Positions 1-9,446 of a stretch of 36,167 nt of DNA are shown piece after piece. Position 1 is the first letter of the stretch, and each line of letters begins with the position of its first letter. A program made the position numbers and the translations under genes. This stretch comes from Elainellaceae cyanobacterium (lineage in GTDB: Bacteria > Cyanobacteriota > Cyanobacteriia > CAZCXK01): assembly GCA_051117555.1 (NCBI GenBank), contig JBNPEG010000225.1, positions 5,562-41,728 on the forward strand, written 5' to 3'. Below the pieces are notes generated by a model. That model saw nothing but the letters and a program-made list of their open reading frames with translations, had not been told where the DNA came from and did no database searches.

Positions 1-93
1 GATTGTTCGTACCGACACAGGGCCATAACTAGGTTGCAAGCTTAAATCTAGTAACGCTTTAACGCTGTAGTGTCCACGGGTAGTGAGCTTCAT
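1..93 (-). CDS. Rrf2-family transcriptional regulator, N-terminal part (runs off the window edge)
   Basis: Manual translation from ATG at 93: MKLTTRGHYSVKALLDLSLQPSYGPVSVRTI, a typical Rrf2/IscR N-terminus. Divergent from cyAbrB. Not in the ORF track. Confidence 0.85.
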   Translation of the reverse strand, partial: MKLTTRGHYSVKALLDLSLQPSYGPVSVRTI

Positions 94-119
94 GATTGTC
101 CTAGGATACGAAATTAAAA

Positions 120-158
120 TATAGCAACCCCATTCACAAGCGATTTAGGATCGCTATA
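120..158. mobile_element. Short (39 bp) copy of TATAG-ended MITE-like element, subfamily A
   Basis: TATAGCAACCCC...ACAAGCGATTTAGGATCGCTATA; both ends match the 1812-1903 copy, central hairpin missing. Confidence 0.6.
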
Positions 159-792
159 GTCGCGATTCATCATATTCAAACATGGTCATAAATTAGGGCT
201 CAGCTGATATAAACGCTTTCACGACATAGAGAATACATCAGAGAATACATCCGATAGTCATTAGCGGATCAGAATTGTTGAGCATTGATTGTAGATAGAT
301 TAAAGGAGACTTCCTTAAATTCGATGGTGTGCATTTAATGAATCCAGCGTCATTTTGATTTGTATTTTGTCACTGATTAATCTTGGTTAACGTAAATATC
401 AACGTCGGTAGTCAAGAAATCATATAAAGGAGTGTCTGCAATACTAAAATCGACGTCTAGATGTTACCGATCTAGTGACCATTTCTGCCAAGCAGAATGA
501 GTCGGTCAACCGTGCATCTGCTATTCCCTCGTTGTTCATATCAGCGTGCTCATTAACATTCTTGTGATGCAATAAGATAGGTCCTAATTGACAGAGTCTA
601 TGTGTTTATCATGTTTTACGGAAACTGATCAATTTAGATGCGAACTTAATATAAATAGGATGGAAACAAAGAGCCTTTGCAGTGTAGTATAGTTCCAAAT
701 GCAAATATATAGCTAAACGTTTAGCGATTTAGCTATTGCCAGCTAGGTAAAGTTGTTCTAGGGTTCTTGTCGATTAATTTAGACTGAAGTTA

Positions 793-1191
793 ATGAGTAG
801 AAAAAAGAAGATTGAACCTTTAATGGGTGAGGAACTCCTTACTAAAGTGAAGGAGTTAGGCGATCTAACAAAGGAAGAAAAGGCAAAAGCCTGTGGCTAT
901 TACACCGTTACAAAAAATGGTGTAGAGCGGGTTAATATGATGAAATTCCTGAATGCTCTGATTGATGCCGAGGGCATTCAGCTAGATGGTAAGCAAAGTT
1001 CGAACGGACGGGGGGGGCGCAGCGCTAGCTATCGTATCAGTGTTCAGTCTAACGGAAATCTTCTAATTGGATCTGCTTACACGAAACAGATGGATTTGAA
1101 ACCCGGTGATGAGTTTGAAATTTCGTTAGGCCGTAAACATATTCGCCTCAAGCAAATTGACCTTGAGGACATCGAGGAAGATTACGATTAG
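793..1191 (+). CDS. cyabrB2: Cyanobacterial AbrB-like transcriptional regulator (cyAbrB2/CalB-like)
   Basis: KEEKAKACGYY..RVNMMKFLNAL N-domain and C-terminal AbrB-like domain SYRISVQSNGNLLIGSAYTKQM..PGDEFEISLG. Paralog assignment is from recalled motifs. Confidence 0.88.
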   Translation: MSRKKKIEPLMGEELLTKVKELGDLTKEEKAKACGYYTVTKNGVERVNMMKFLNALIDAEGIQLDGKQSSNGRGGRSASYRISVQSNGNLLIGSAYTKQMDLKPGDEFEISLGRKHIRLKQIDLEDIEEDYD

Positions 1192-1221
1192 CGAAGCGTT
1201 TGGCAGCCGATAGTATCAATG

Positions 1222-1256
1222 AATAGCTATTGATCGTCGATCAATAGCTATTTTTA
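1222..1256. terminator. Probable bidirectional terminator
   Basis: Perfect 15-bp inverted repeat AATAGCTATTGATCG-T-CGATCAATAGCTATT followed by a T-run, between convergent genes. Confidence 0.7.
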
Positions 1257-1312
1257 TTATGTTTGTGTCTGCTGAAACATTCCGGGCAATAGCAGCTTCG
1301 TGCTTTCTAAAA

Positions 1313-1681
1313 TTAAGTTGTGGAGTGCCCAAAATGGTCTAGATATTGGTTCAAATCTTCGATGATACGAGTCAGTTCTGCTTCGGTGGTAAGCCGAATT
1401 CGATCGTCTCGTAGTGTGATCAATACTTTGGCTGCAAATGGAGAGGGCCAGATATTTGGGTTGCAAAACACTTCCAAAAATATATCACCCGTGTATTGAA
1501 ACTCCATTGGCGGCTGCGGCTTGGGGCGATTTCCTCCGCTCACGCCTCCGTGATTTGCCGCACCTTTGAGGCTTTCCATTAACGAGGCGATCGCCCGTTT
1601 AAATTCTTGCGCTGCCTGCGGTGTAAAACTGAATGATACAGACCCTTCAACAAGGTTTAGGCGAAGTTGACCTGACGACAT
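1313..1681 (-). CDS. Conserved cyanobacterial hypothetical protein
   Basis: 122-aa ORF filling the intergenic space, with a protein-like segment FLEVFCNPNIWPSPFAAKVLITLRDDRIRLTTEAEL. Confidence 0.8.
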   Translation of the reverse strand: MSSGQLRLNLVEGSVSFSFTPQAAQEFKRAIASLMESLKGAANHGGVSGGNRPKPQPPMEFQYTGDIFLEVFCNPNIWPSPFAAKVLITLRDDRIRLTTEAELTRIIEDLNQYLDHFGHSTT

Positions 1682-1811
1682 GACCCTTTAAATCCACAAA
1701 CTTGTTTTCAACTAAATAGGAAGATCGTACGAGATATTTTTCAGTCTTTAATGACAACTACACACAACAACTTCAAAGCAGCATACATCATGACCAAAAC
1801 TATTGCCTAGC

Positions 1812-1903
1812 TATAGCAATCCCAGATGGGTTGTGAGCGGTGGGGCGGGCGCCGCCCGCCCCACCGCTCACACACAATTTACAAGCGATTTAGGATCGCT
1901 GTA
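1812..1903. mobile_element. Long (92 bp) MITE-like element, subfamily A, with internal 19-bp perfect GC-rich hairpin
   Basis: Imperfect ~25-bp terminal inverted repeats (18/25) starting and ending in TA. Internal stem 1832-1850/1854-1872 with GCC loop. Confidence 0.65.
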
Positions 1904-2052
1904 GGCGACTTGGTAATTGAGATTACTGTCAACAAAAAATTAGTTTATTGAAATCCTGTAACCGCTATCACATCTGCATTTCAGCCATTGATTTCAAAGT
2001 TGATTCTATACTAAAGGCATAACGAATTCAGTATAGAATCGGGAATGATTCT

Positions 2053-2976
2053 GTGGTTACTAATTATCGTTCCAAAGTTCGTAGAGTCTTGATTCTAACC
2101 TTGTTGTTGAATCTCTTTGTAATGATTCTCAAGACAATTGTCGGAGTCTGGACGGGGTCACTGAGCTTGCTTGCCGATGCTCTACATAGCGTAACGGATA
2201 GCGCCAACAATATATTAGGACTTGTCACCAGTCACTTTTCTTCACCCGAACCTGACCGAGAACATCCTTACGGTCATCAGAAATTTGAGGCATTGGGAGC
2301 ATTAGGAATTGCGGCTTTTTTAGGCATCGCGTGCTTTGAAATTCTGAAAAGCGCGCTCGAACGGCTCGTGAGCGGCGGAAAATTGGTCGAGGTATCTGCT
2401 ACAGAACTTTGGTTTCTCCTAGTCGTGCTTGGAGTCAATATCTTTGTAGCATTTTATGAGAGGCGTATCGGACGACAGATTAAAAGTCATATCTTAATCG
2501 CGGATGCTCACCACACAATGAGCGATATTTGGGTGACGATTAGTGTGATTGCGGGTTTGTTAGGAGTATGGATATGGAATTATCAGTGGCTTGATATGAT
2601 CCTGGCATTTCCAGTCGCGCTATTGGTGTTCTGGAGTGGATGGAAGGTCTTAAAGGACAATTTGCCTTGGCTGGTTGATGAAATGGCGATCGCCCCTGAG
2701 GCAATTCACACCATCGTCATAGACGTACCGGGTGTGATTAATTGTCACGATATCGCGTCGCGAGGCGTTGTCGGTCGACAAAGCTTTATAGAAATGCACC
2801 TCATCGTGGATGCAAAAGACGTAGAAACCGCCCATCGCATTACGGAGGCGGTCGAGCGCCGTCTCGAAGAACGATATAGCCCTGTTCGAATTAATATTCA
2901 TGTCGAACCTCCCCGCTATCAGTCTCCCCAAATTACCTATGATCCTGAAGCGCTCGATGGTTCGCCTCCTGGGTGA
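2053..2976 (+). CDS. Cation diffusion facilitator (CDF, FieF-like) metal transporter
   Basis: SLSLLADALHSVTD, PDREHPYGHQKFE and ADAHHTMSD motifs, several TM segments, C-terminal dimerization domain ending IHVEP. Confidence 0.92.
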   Translation: MVTNYRSKVRRVLILTLLLNLFVMILKTIVGVWTGSLSLLADALHSVTDSANNILGLVTSHFSSPEPDREHPYGHQKFEALGALGIAAFLGIACFEILKSALERLVSGGKLVEVSATELWFLLVVLGVNIFVAFYERRIGRQIKSHILIADAHHTMSDIWVTISVIAGLLGVWIWNYQWLDMILAFPVALLVFWSGWKVLKDNLPWLVDEMAIAPEAIHTIVIDVPGVINCHDIASRGVVGRQSFIEMHLIVDAKDVETAHRITEAVERRLEERYSPVRINIHVEPPRYQSPQITYDPEALDGSPPG

Positions 2977-3793
2977 AGACATGCTCGTTGGACTCGTCTA
3001 CATTCACAGGCCATCCCAATTGTGTGGGTTGCTCATAGATTTTCTTTAAGGTATTGATATCTCTCGCGGAAATCCTAGCCGGCTGTCGCACTTGGGAAAA
3101 ATACATTGCATCGGCTTCAACCGGGCTATGCCCCCAAATTCCCAGAGCGTGGCCTAATTCATGACGAGCCGACGCCTGAATGTATTGAGCAGTCTGATTA
3201 GGACTTAGAAAAATATCAAATCGGTGCGTCAAACGGGATTCAAAATCTGGAGAATGGGTGAGACGGAATTCATAGCGCGTTTCGGCTGAGCGAATTCGAT
3301 AGTTGCCGTTTAGCAAGTCGTCTCGTGAAATCCCCAAGTCCTGGATAGATGGAGTTCTCCTCCAAACAGCAATATCTGCGTCGTCGGGTGAGGCCACTTG
3401 CGCCAATGGCACATATACAGTCCATTCGTCTAGAGCCGCGACCACCGCTTCTGTCCAAACTGAGGGGTCGTTCAGTTGTGAGCGGGATTCTTGATGCGAG
3501 TCGAGATAGACTTTGACTGGAAATTCAGACCAGACTAGATATCCAAATCGGGTAGGCTCTATCGCTGAGAAATAATCTCCAGAATTCTCAGAATCTCGCC
3601 ACTCGGCCAATGACCTAGGTAATGGAAGATGGATACGAGCAGGCGGCAGCGCTGGTTCTAATGGCTGAGGAAGCGCCTGAACAGGAAATGCGAGTGGTAA
3701 TTCTGCTGGAATCCATAGGCTTGCCAATCCGAAACTAATCAAAAAAAGTATTATCTTTTTCTGAAATTGCCTTAATCTACTCCAGCGTCGCAT
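2933..3793 (-). CDS. Secreted/membrane-anchored matrixin-like (M10) zinc metallopeptidase
   Basis: HELGHALGIWGHS zinc motif, Met-turn (AMY), N-terminal signal/TM segment. Its 3' end overlaps the CDF gene by 44 bp. Confidence 0.85.
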   Translation of the reverse strand: MRRWSRLRQFQKKIILFLISFGLASLWIPAELPLAFPVQALPQPLEPALPPARIHLPLPRSLAEWRDSENSGDYFSAIEPTRFGYLVWSEFPVKVYLDSHQESRSQLNDPSVWTEAVVAALDEWTVYVPLAQVASPDDADIAVWRRTPSIQDLGISRDDLLNGNYRIRSAETRYEFRLTHSPDFESRLTHRFDIFLSPNQTAQYIQASARHELGHALGIWGHSPVEADAMYFSQVRQPARISARDINTLKKIYEQPTQLGWPVNVDESNEHVFTQEANHRALQDHR

Positions 3794-3833
3794 GATGTCA
3801 ATGGCACTATGTTGAGGGTAGACTAAATCTCTA

Positions 3834-3857
3834 AAGCAGAGTAAATCTACTCTGCTT
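3834..3857 (-). terminator. Hairpin downstream of secG
   Basis: 10-bp stem AAGCAGAGTA / TACTCTGCTT with a 4-nt loop. Confidence 0.5.
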
Positions 3858-3894
3858 CGAGCCTTTAGCCCATTTCCTTAGGATAAATCCTGGT

Positions 3895-4125
3895 CTAAGC
3901 AAGCCACTTTGCGCTTAAAACCACGGTCAATCCCATGAACAGAACTGATAGGGTCCAGGTCAATCGATTGAGCGTTGTTTCAGCGCTTTTGGTGCTCGTA
4001 AACAACTGTGCCTGCCCGCCAAGCCCACCTAACCCATCTCCTTTTGGGCTATGCAATAAAACTAGAATAATCAGCCCTAATGCAGACCCGGCCCAAAGGA
4101 TTTGGATTACGTTTACCAATGTCAT
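3895..4125 (-). CDS. secG: Preprotein translocase subunit SecG
   Basis: LVLLHSPKGDGLGGLGG..LFTSTKSAETTLNRLTW; follows gpmI as in many cyanobacteria. Confidence 0.95.
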   Translation of the reverse strand: MTLVNVIQILWAGSALGLIILVLLHSPKGDGLGGLGGQAQLFTSTKSAETTLNRLTWTLSVLFMGLTVVLSAKWLA

Positions 4126-4281
4126 AGCGACGAACCTATAATCTTGACAATGCCTACATCATCATTCTAATGGAATGAATCTCCTGTTCAGTCAATCTCT
4201 AAAATAACCTTGCATTTCTCCCACCGAGGATTAGACTCGGTGGCATACTTATGGTCTTAGTGAAGTAGCCTTGATGCAGGG

Positions 4282-5883
4282 TTATAGAGAAACGCGGACG
4301 GGAGTTCGATTGAAGCGGACGTCGAATTCTACGGGGTGTAGCATCGATCGCCCGTTCATTTCAGGGGGTTGGGGAAGCTGTAGAATTTCGAGGATCGTTG
4401 GAGCAATATCGGCAAGACGCCCATCAGATCGTAGGTTTACCTCAGTTCCATGACCTGGAATTTTTCGCCCTTCACCCTCGACAAGAATGAATGGAACCGG
4501 ATTGGTCGTGTGCGCTGTCCAGGGATTGCCATTCTCATCCCGCATGCATTCAGCGTTGCCGTGGTCAGCAATAATGATTGTGGTACCTCCAGCGCTGACG
4601 ATGCTGCTTAGCAGCCTTCCGAGGCAGCGGTCAACCGTTTCAACTGCTTGGACAGACGCCTCAATATTACCCGTATGACCGACCATATCCGGGTTTGCGT
4701 AGTTGATTACGATGAGGGAATACATGCGCTTTTCAACAGCCGCGATCGCCACATCAGTGACCTTATCGGCAGACATGGCTGGCGCTCGATCGTAGGTTGC
4801 GACCATGGGACTCTGGACAAGTTCACGATCTTCTCCTTCAAACGGCTCTTCCATGCCACCGTTCAAAAAGTAAGTAACGTGGGCATACTTTTCAGTCTCA
4901 GCCGTGCGAAACTGGCGCAATCCTTGCTCAGCAATCACTTGCCCCAAAATGTTATCTAAATTCTGAGGCTCAAATGCGACATGAACTGGAAAACTAGAAT
5001 CGTACTGAGTAAACGTCACAAAGGACAAAGGGTCGATACACTGGCGGCGCTCAAATCCGTCAAAATTCGGATCAATGAATGCCTGCGTGAGCTGGCGAGC
5101 CCGATCGGGTCGGAAGTTAAAGAAAATGACCCCGTCTCCCGGCTCGACCGCACCTGAGGTAATTCGAATGGGATTGACGAATTCATCCGTAATATCGTCC
5201 TCATAGGACGCCTTTAGCATTTCAACCGCTGAGCGATCCTCTCCAGGGCTGTCCTGCGTCATGACCTCATACGCGCGCTGAGTTCTATCCCATCTGCGAT
5301 CGCGATCCATCGCATAATAGCGACCGCTAAGCGTAGCAATACGTCCGACTCCAATCTGAGCAACATAATCTTGAATCTTCTGAATGGATACCAAACCGTC
5401 CGTGGGTTTGGTGTCTCGGCCATCGGTGATGGCATGAATGCAGACATCCGAAACATGCTGAGCTTTGGCAACGTTGAGTAAGCCGAACAGGTGATTCAAA
5501 TGGGAATGAACTCCTCCCTCAGAGCAGAGTCCAACGACGTGAAGCTTACCGTCGCGACTACGAACCTCTTCACAAATCTGAACCAATGCTGGATTGCTCG
5601 ACAGCGTACCGTCTTCAACGGCATCTGAAATGCGAACAAGCTCCTGGGGGACTACCCTCCCGGCTCCGATATTGAGATGCCCAACCTCTGAGTTTCCCAT
5701 TTGCCCGTCAGGCAAACCGACATCTTTGCCCGATGTACGAATTAACGTTTTAGGATAAGCAGCCCAAAGGCTATCCATAACCGGAGTGCTAGCGGCAACA
5801 ATTGAATTACCGCTGGTCTCTTCGCGGTATCCCCAACCATCTAATATAACCAGCACTACTGGAGAAACCAGCTCTTGTGCCAT
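4282..5883 (-). CDS. gpmI: 2,3-bisphosphoglycerate-independent phosphoglycerate mutase
   Basis: VLVILDGWG, GQMGNSEVGH, GRYYAMDRD, NPDMVGHTG, ADHGNAE motifs. Confidence 0.97.
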   Translation of the reverse strand: MAQELVSPVVLVILDGWGYREETSGNSIVAASTPVMDSLWAAYPKTLIRTSGKDVGLPDGQMGNSEVGHLNIGAGRVVPQELVRISDAVEDGTLSSNPALVQICEEVRSRDGKLHVVGLCSEGGVHSHLNHLFGLLNVAKAQHVSDVCIHAITDGRDTKPTDGLVSIQKIQDYVAQIGVGRIATLSGRYYAMDRDRRWDRTQRAYEVMTQDSPGEDRSAVEMLKASYEDDITDEFVNPIRITSGAVEPGDGVIFFNFRPDRARQLTQAFIDPNFDGFERRQCIDPLSFVTFTQYDSSFPVHVAFEPQNLDNILGQVIAEQGLRQFRTAETEKYAHVTYFLNGGMEEPFEGEDRELVQSPMVATYDRAPAMSADKVTDVAIAAVEKRMYSLIVINYANPDMVGHTGNIEASVQAVETVDRCLGRLLSSIVSAGGTTIIIADHGNAECMRDENGNPWTAHTTNPVPFILVEGEGRKIPGHGTEVNLRSDGRLADIAPTILEILQLPQPPEMNGRSMLHPVEFDVRFNRTPVRVSL

Positions 5884-6161
5884 GTTGGTAACCCTTTTAC
5901 CAAATATTTTTCAGCAATAATATCATTACAAGCGGCTAAATCTAAATGACTCAACCTTTGGAGCCAATTATCTTGCAGGTGCCCCAGAACCATGCAGATT
6001 GCTCACGGCAATCCTAATCAACTTTTCTTAAGGATAGGTTATTGAATGACGCATTCGTGATTGGGCGATCGCCTGATATAGAATTCAAGACCTTCCTCAA
6101 TGCACCATTAGAACTCTCATTCCCCGAAAATATCTGCTGCAGAAACCCTGTAACGGCGCAC

Positions 6162-7868
6162 TTAACTTTTTTTGGCTTTTGCCTTTTGCCGTTGCTTTTC
6201 TCGCTTTGCCTCAGCCTTGGCAGCTTTTTGACTCGCGATCGCCTCCAGTTTAGCTTTCTCTTTCTCTTCTGCAAGCTTATCGAGGTAATAATGATAATCT
6301 CCTCGATATAACCTCAATTCACCCTCTCGAATTTCAACAATTTTGTTTGCCACCTTTGAAATGAAATAGCGATCGTGGGAAACAATGATGACCGTTCCCT
6401 CATAATGCTGAATCGCTTCCTCCAGCATTTCTTTAGCAGGAATATCCAGATGGTTAGTTGGCTCGTCGAGAACTAAAAGATTGGCAGGGCGCAGCAGCAT
6501 TTTGGCAAGGGCTAGGCGCGCCTTTTCTCCCCCGCTCAATGACGCCACTGTCTTAAACACGGTGTCGCTGCTAAAGAGAAAACGCCCGAGTAATGTGCGG
6601 ACTTCCTCATTGTTCCAGTCTGGAACTTCGTTGTGGATGGTTTCTAAAACCGTTCTGTTAAGTTCGAGTGCCTCAGCCTGATTTTGCTCAAAATAGCCCG
6701 GCACAATGTTGTGATCCCCTAACTTTATGGTGCCGTCCGTCGGCGTTTCAACTCCCATCATTAAACGAAGTAGGGTCGATTTGCCTGTCCCGTTGGCTCC
6801 TAAGAAAGCAACGCGATCGCCTCTCTCAATGAGCAAATTCGCTCCCAAAAACAGGACTTGATCCCCATAGGTATGAACCAAGTCTTGAATATGGACGACT
6901 TCTCGGCCACTCCTCGGCACAGTCGGGAATCGAAACCGGAGCGTTTTCAAGCCTGCTGTTGGCGCATCAATGCGTTCAACTTTTTCAAGCTGCTTTTCTC
7001 GGCTTTTTGCTTGAGTGCTTCGGGTAGCGCTAGCCCGGAATCGGTCGACAAACGCCTGTTGCTTTTCTAATTCCTTCTGCTGACGCTCATAAGCACTCAT
7101 CTGAGCGAGCTGATTTTCCTCTTTTTGCTCAAGGTAAGCTGTATAGTTACCCAAATAGGTCGTCGAAACGCCTCGTTCTGTCTCGACAATTTGAGTACAA
7201 AGCCGATCAAGAAATTCTCGGTCATGGGAGACAATCACCATTGGAGTTGTCAACCCCTTTAAATACTTCTCAAGCCACTCAATGGTCTCTAAATCGATGT
7301 GGTTGGTCGGCTCATCAAGAAGCAAAAGATCGGGTTCTTGGAGCAAAATTTTGCCCAAGCTCATCCGCATTTGCCAACCGCCACTGAAGGCACTGACTAA
7401 ACGATCCCCATCTTCTGGATCAAATCCCATCTCTGGAAGGATCTTTTCAATTCGAGCCTCCAGCGTATAGCCATCTAATGCTTCAAATTGACGTTGCTGG
7501 CGATCTAGCTCGTGAATCAGGTCGTCAAGTTCTGACATATCAGCTGCTTCCATTTGGCGCTGAACATGTGCCAAAGCCTGCTGTGTTTGATTGGCTTCTG
7601 AAAAAACAGTCCAAAATTCTTCCCGTACCGTCCGACCAGGATCGACTTCAAATTCTTGGGTCAGATACGCGATGTGGAGATTAGATGGGCGAATCACCTC
7701 GCCCGATGTTGGTTCTACCTCGCCAGCAATAATCTTGAGCTGAGTTGACTTTCCTGCACCATTAACGCCAACTAACCCAATGCGATCGCCAGACTTAACC
7801 TCCCAATTAACATCTTTGAGGATCTCCCCGGTTGGATAAATCTTGCTGATATGTTCCAGTCGTATCAT
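6162..7868 (-). CDS. ABC-F family ATPase (two ABC domains, no TM)
   Basis: Walker A motifs GVNGAGKST and GANGTGKST, signatures FSGGWQMR/LSGGEKAR, LDEPTNH twice, interdomain linker. Start trimmed to MIRLEH. Confidence 0.93.
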   Translation of the reverse strand: MIRLEHISKIYPTGEILKDVNWEVKSGDRIGLVGVNGAGKSTQLKIIAGEVEPTSGEVIRPSNLHIAYLTQEFEVDPGRTVREEFWTVFSEANQTQQALAHVQRQMEAADMSELDDLIHELDRQQRQFEALDGYTLEARIEKILPEMGFDPEDGDRLVSAFSGGWQMRMSLGKILLQEPDLLLLDEPTNHIDLETIEWLEKYLKGLTTPMVIVSHDREFLDRLCTQIVETERGVSTTYLGNYTAYLEQKEENQLAQMSAYERQQKELEKQQAFVDRFRASATRSTQAKSREKQLEKVERIDAPTAGLKTLRFRFPTVPRSGREVVHIQDLVHTYGDQVLFLGANLLIERGDRVAFLGANGTGKSTLLRLMMGVETPTDGTIKLGDHNIVPGYFEQNQAEALELNRTVLETIHNEVPDWNNEEVRTLLGRFLFSSDTVFKTVASLSGGEKARLALAKMLLRPANLLVLDEPTNHLDIPAKEMLEEAIQHYEGTVIIVSHDRYFISKVANKIVEIREGELRLYRGDYHYYLDKLAEEKEKAKLEAIASQKAAKAEAKREKQRQKAKAKKS

Positions 7869-7991
7869 AGACATTCTCCGGCATGGTGGACAGAACAGCA
7901 ATCTAAGACGAAAAGCATAAAAATGAAGCCATCAAAATACACCAACTTTCAACCAAAGTTGGCATCCATCTAACCTTAACAAATTTTTAAT

Positions 7992-8086
7992 TATAGCGGT
8001 ATGCGATTGAGTTAAGTACGGTGGTGAGGGGCGCGGCGTGGTCCTCACCACCATTTCTGTACGTGACGCAATTGAGAATTGCTATA
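7992..8086. mobile_element. Long (95 bp) MITE-like element, subfamily B
   Basis: TATAGCGG...ATTGCTATA with imperfect 28-bp TIR (19/28) and internal stem GGTGGTGAGG/CCTCACCACC. Reverse complement aligns with 35130-35216. Confidence 0.65.
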
Positions 8087-8162
8087 TGTCAGGCATCCAA
8101 TGAACGCAAAAGAAAATTGATTTTATGTTCAACCTAGAAGATTCCGGAAAAGCTGCTTTGAT

Positions 8163-9446
8163 TTAATTGTCTAGCGTCGGATCGTCAGGATTTGTGACAA
8201 ATAATGATTGAACAAATTCATAGAGCTGGGGTTCAGGTTGGTCTTCGATCTGTAAATCCTTAAGCTCAATCAAGCCATAGGCTAGCGTTTGTGCTTGGTT
8301 TTTATAGGTGTTGTGGGCTGCTAGTAAATCGGTGAAGACTTCATATTCAATTTGTAATTTGCTCGCATCATCAGCAATGGGCGACATGTAGCCGACTTCA
8401 TCCACGTTGTATTTGAGTAGAAAAATCAGAGCATTACTGAGCTGCTGAAGCTTTTTTTGGAGCGATCGCACGTCAAAGCCTAGGCGATCAAATCCAACGT
8501 GTCCTTCAATTTTGAGTTCTAAAATTGGAGCCTGATCCGAGTTGACGAGGTAAGATTGAATCGCTTGCTCGACCAGACCGATCGACTGTTGCTCAACCTC
8601 TTCTGGACTCTCGTGCCCTTTCAAACCCAATCTCAGTTGAATAATCTCTCGTTGCTGGTAGTCTTGCTCAAGTGAGGCGTGGATACCCCGTTCGTCAATA
8701 TCGACTAGATAGGCTCCTCGTTGATATCGGCTTTCTTCAATGCTGTTAGCCTCTAGCGACCCTGGATTGAAAATCCAGTTGTCAATTTCATAGTTTTTAT
8801 GGATGTGCCCAAGCGCCAAATAATCGACCCCAGCTTGCTTTAGGGGCAACATTTCGGTGTAACGGAGTGCTCCAGCATATCGAGCAATCTGCCCTTCTAA
8901 ACCATGATGAAATAATAGGATGGTCTGACCGGTATTAGAAGGAAGCGCCTGCATGGCATCGGCAATTTGCTCAATTGCTCTAGGCGCTGCCGCTCCATAC
9001 CAGCATGATCCTAAAATTCGAACCCCACACTCTAAGTCGATATACCCCCCTCGCTTGTTCTCCTCGTCCCAGGGCTCATAGAATTGCTCGCCCGCTGACA
9101 CATCCCCAGGTTCGAGCAAAATCAGGAGCCCCCAATCCGCAAGATATCGGAGCCAGCTCGTCCGAGTTCCGTAGGGCCGATTGTCATGATTTCCCTCGAT
9201 AGCAATGGCCGGGATGTTAGCATCCTTCAATAGTTGCAAGCAAATTTGAGCCTGATTTAGCGTCGCAGGTTGAATCGTTCGATGCTCGAATAAATCGCCC
9301 GCTATCAGAACAAAATCTACGGGATCAGCAACGGCATATCTTTCGAGTACATCATAGAATGCCTCGAAAAAATCTCGTGTCCGTTCCTTGCTGTCGTATC
9401 GATCGAATCCAAGATGGATGTCGGCAAGGTGTAAGAAGCGAGGCAT
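8163..9446 (-). CDS. sbcD: SbcD/Mre11-family DNA repair nuclease
   Basis: Metallophosphoesterase motifs HLADIHLG, IAGDLF, GNHD, LALGHIH, NPGS. Confidence 0.88.
   Translation of the reverse strand: MPRFLHLADIHLGFDRYDSKERTRDFFEAFYDVLERYAVADPVDFVLIAGDLFEHRTIQPATLNQAQICLQLLKDANIPAIAIEGNHDNRPYGTRTSWLRYLADWGLLILLEPGDVSAGEQFYEPWDEENKRGGYIDLECGVRILGSCWYGAAAPRAIEQIADAMQALPSNTGQTILLFHHGLEGQIARYAGALRYTEMLPLKQAGVDYLALGHIHKNYEIDNWIFNPGSLEANSIEESRYQRGAYLVDIDERGIHASLEQDYQQREIIQLRLGLKGHESPEEVEQQSIGLVEQAIQSYLVNSDQAPILELKIEGHVGFDRLGFDVRSLQKKLQQLSNALIFLLKYNVDEVGYMSPIADDASKLQIEYEVFTDLLAAHNTYKNQAQTLAYGLIELKDLQIEDQPEPQLYEFVQSLFVTNPDDPTLDN

Noticed and set aside
1832..1872. GC-rich hairpin as a simple terminator or integron attC site
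   Set aside because: It lies between divergent genes, has no U-tract, lacks attC RYYYAAC/GTTRRRY boxes, and is embedded in a repeated TIR element.
6162..7868. ABC ATPase next to sbcD as its SbcC partner or part of a defence system
   Set aside because: It has two tandem complete ABC domains typical of ABC-F translation factors, not the split ATPase with long coiled coil of SbcC/Rad50.
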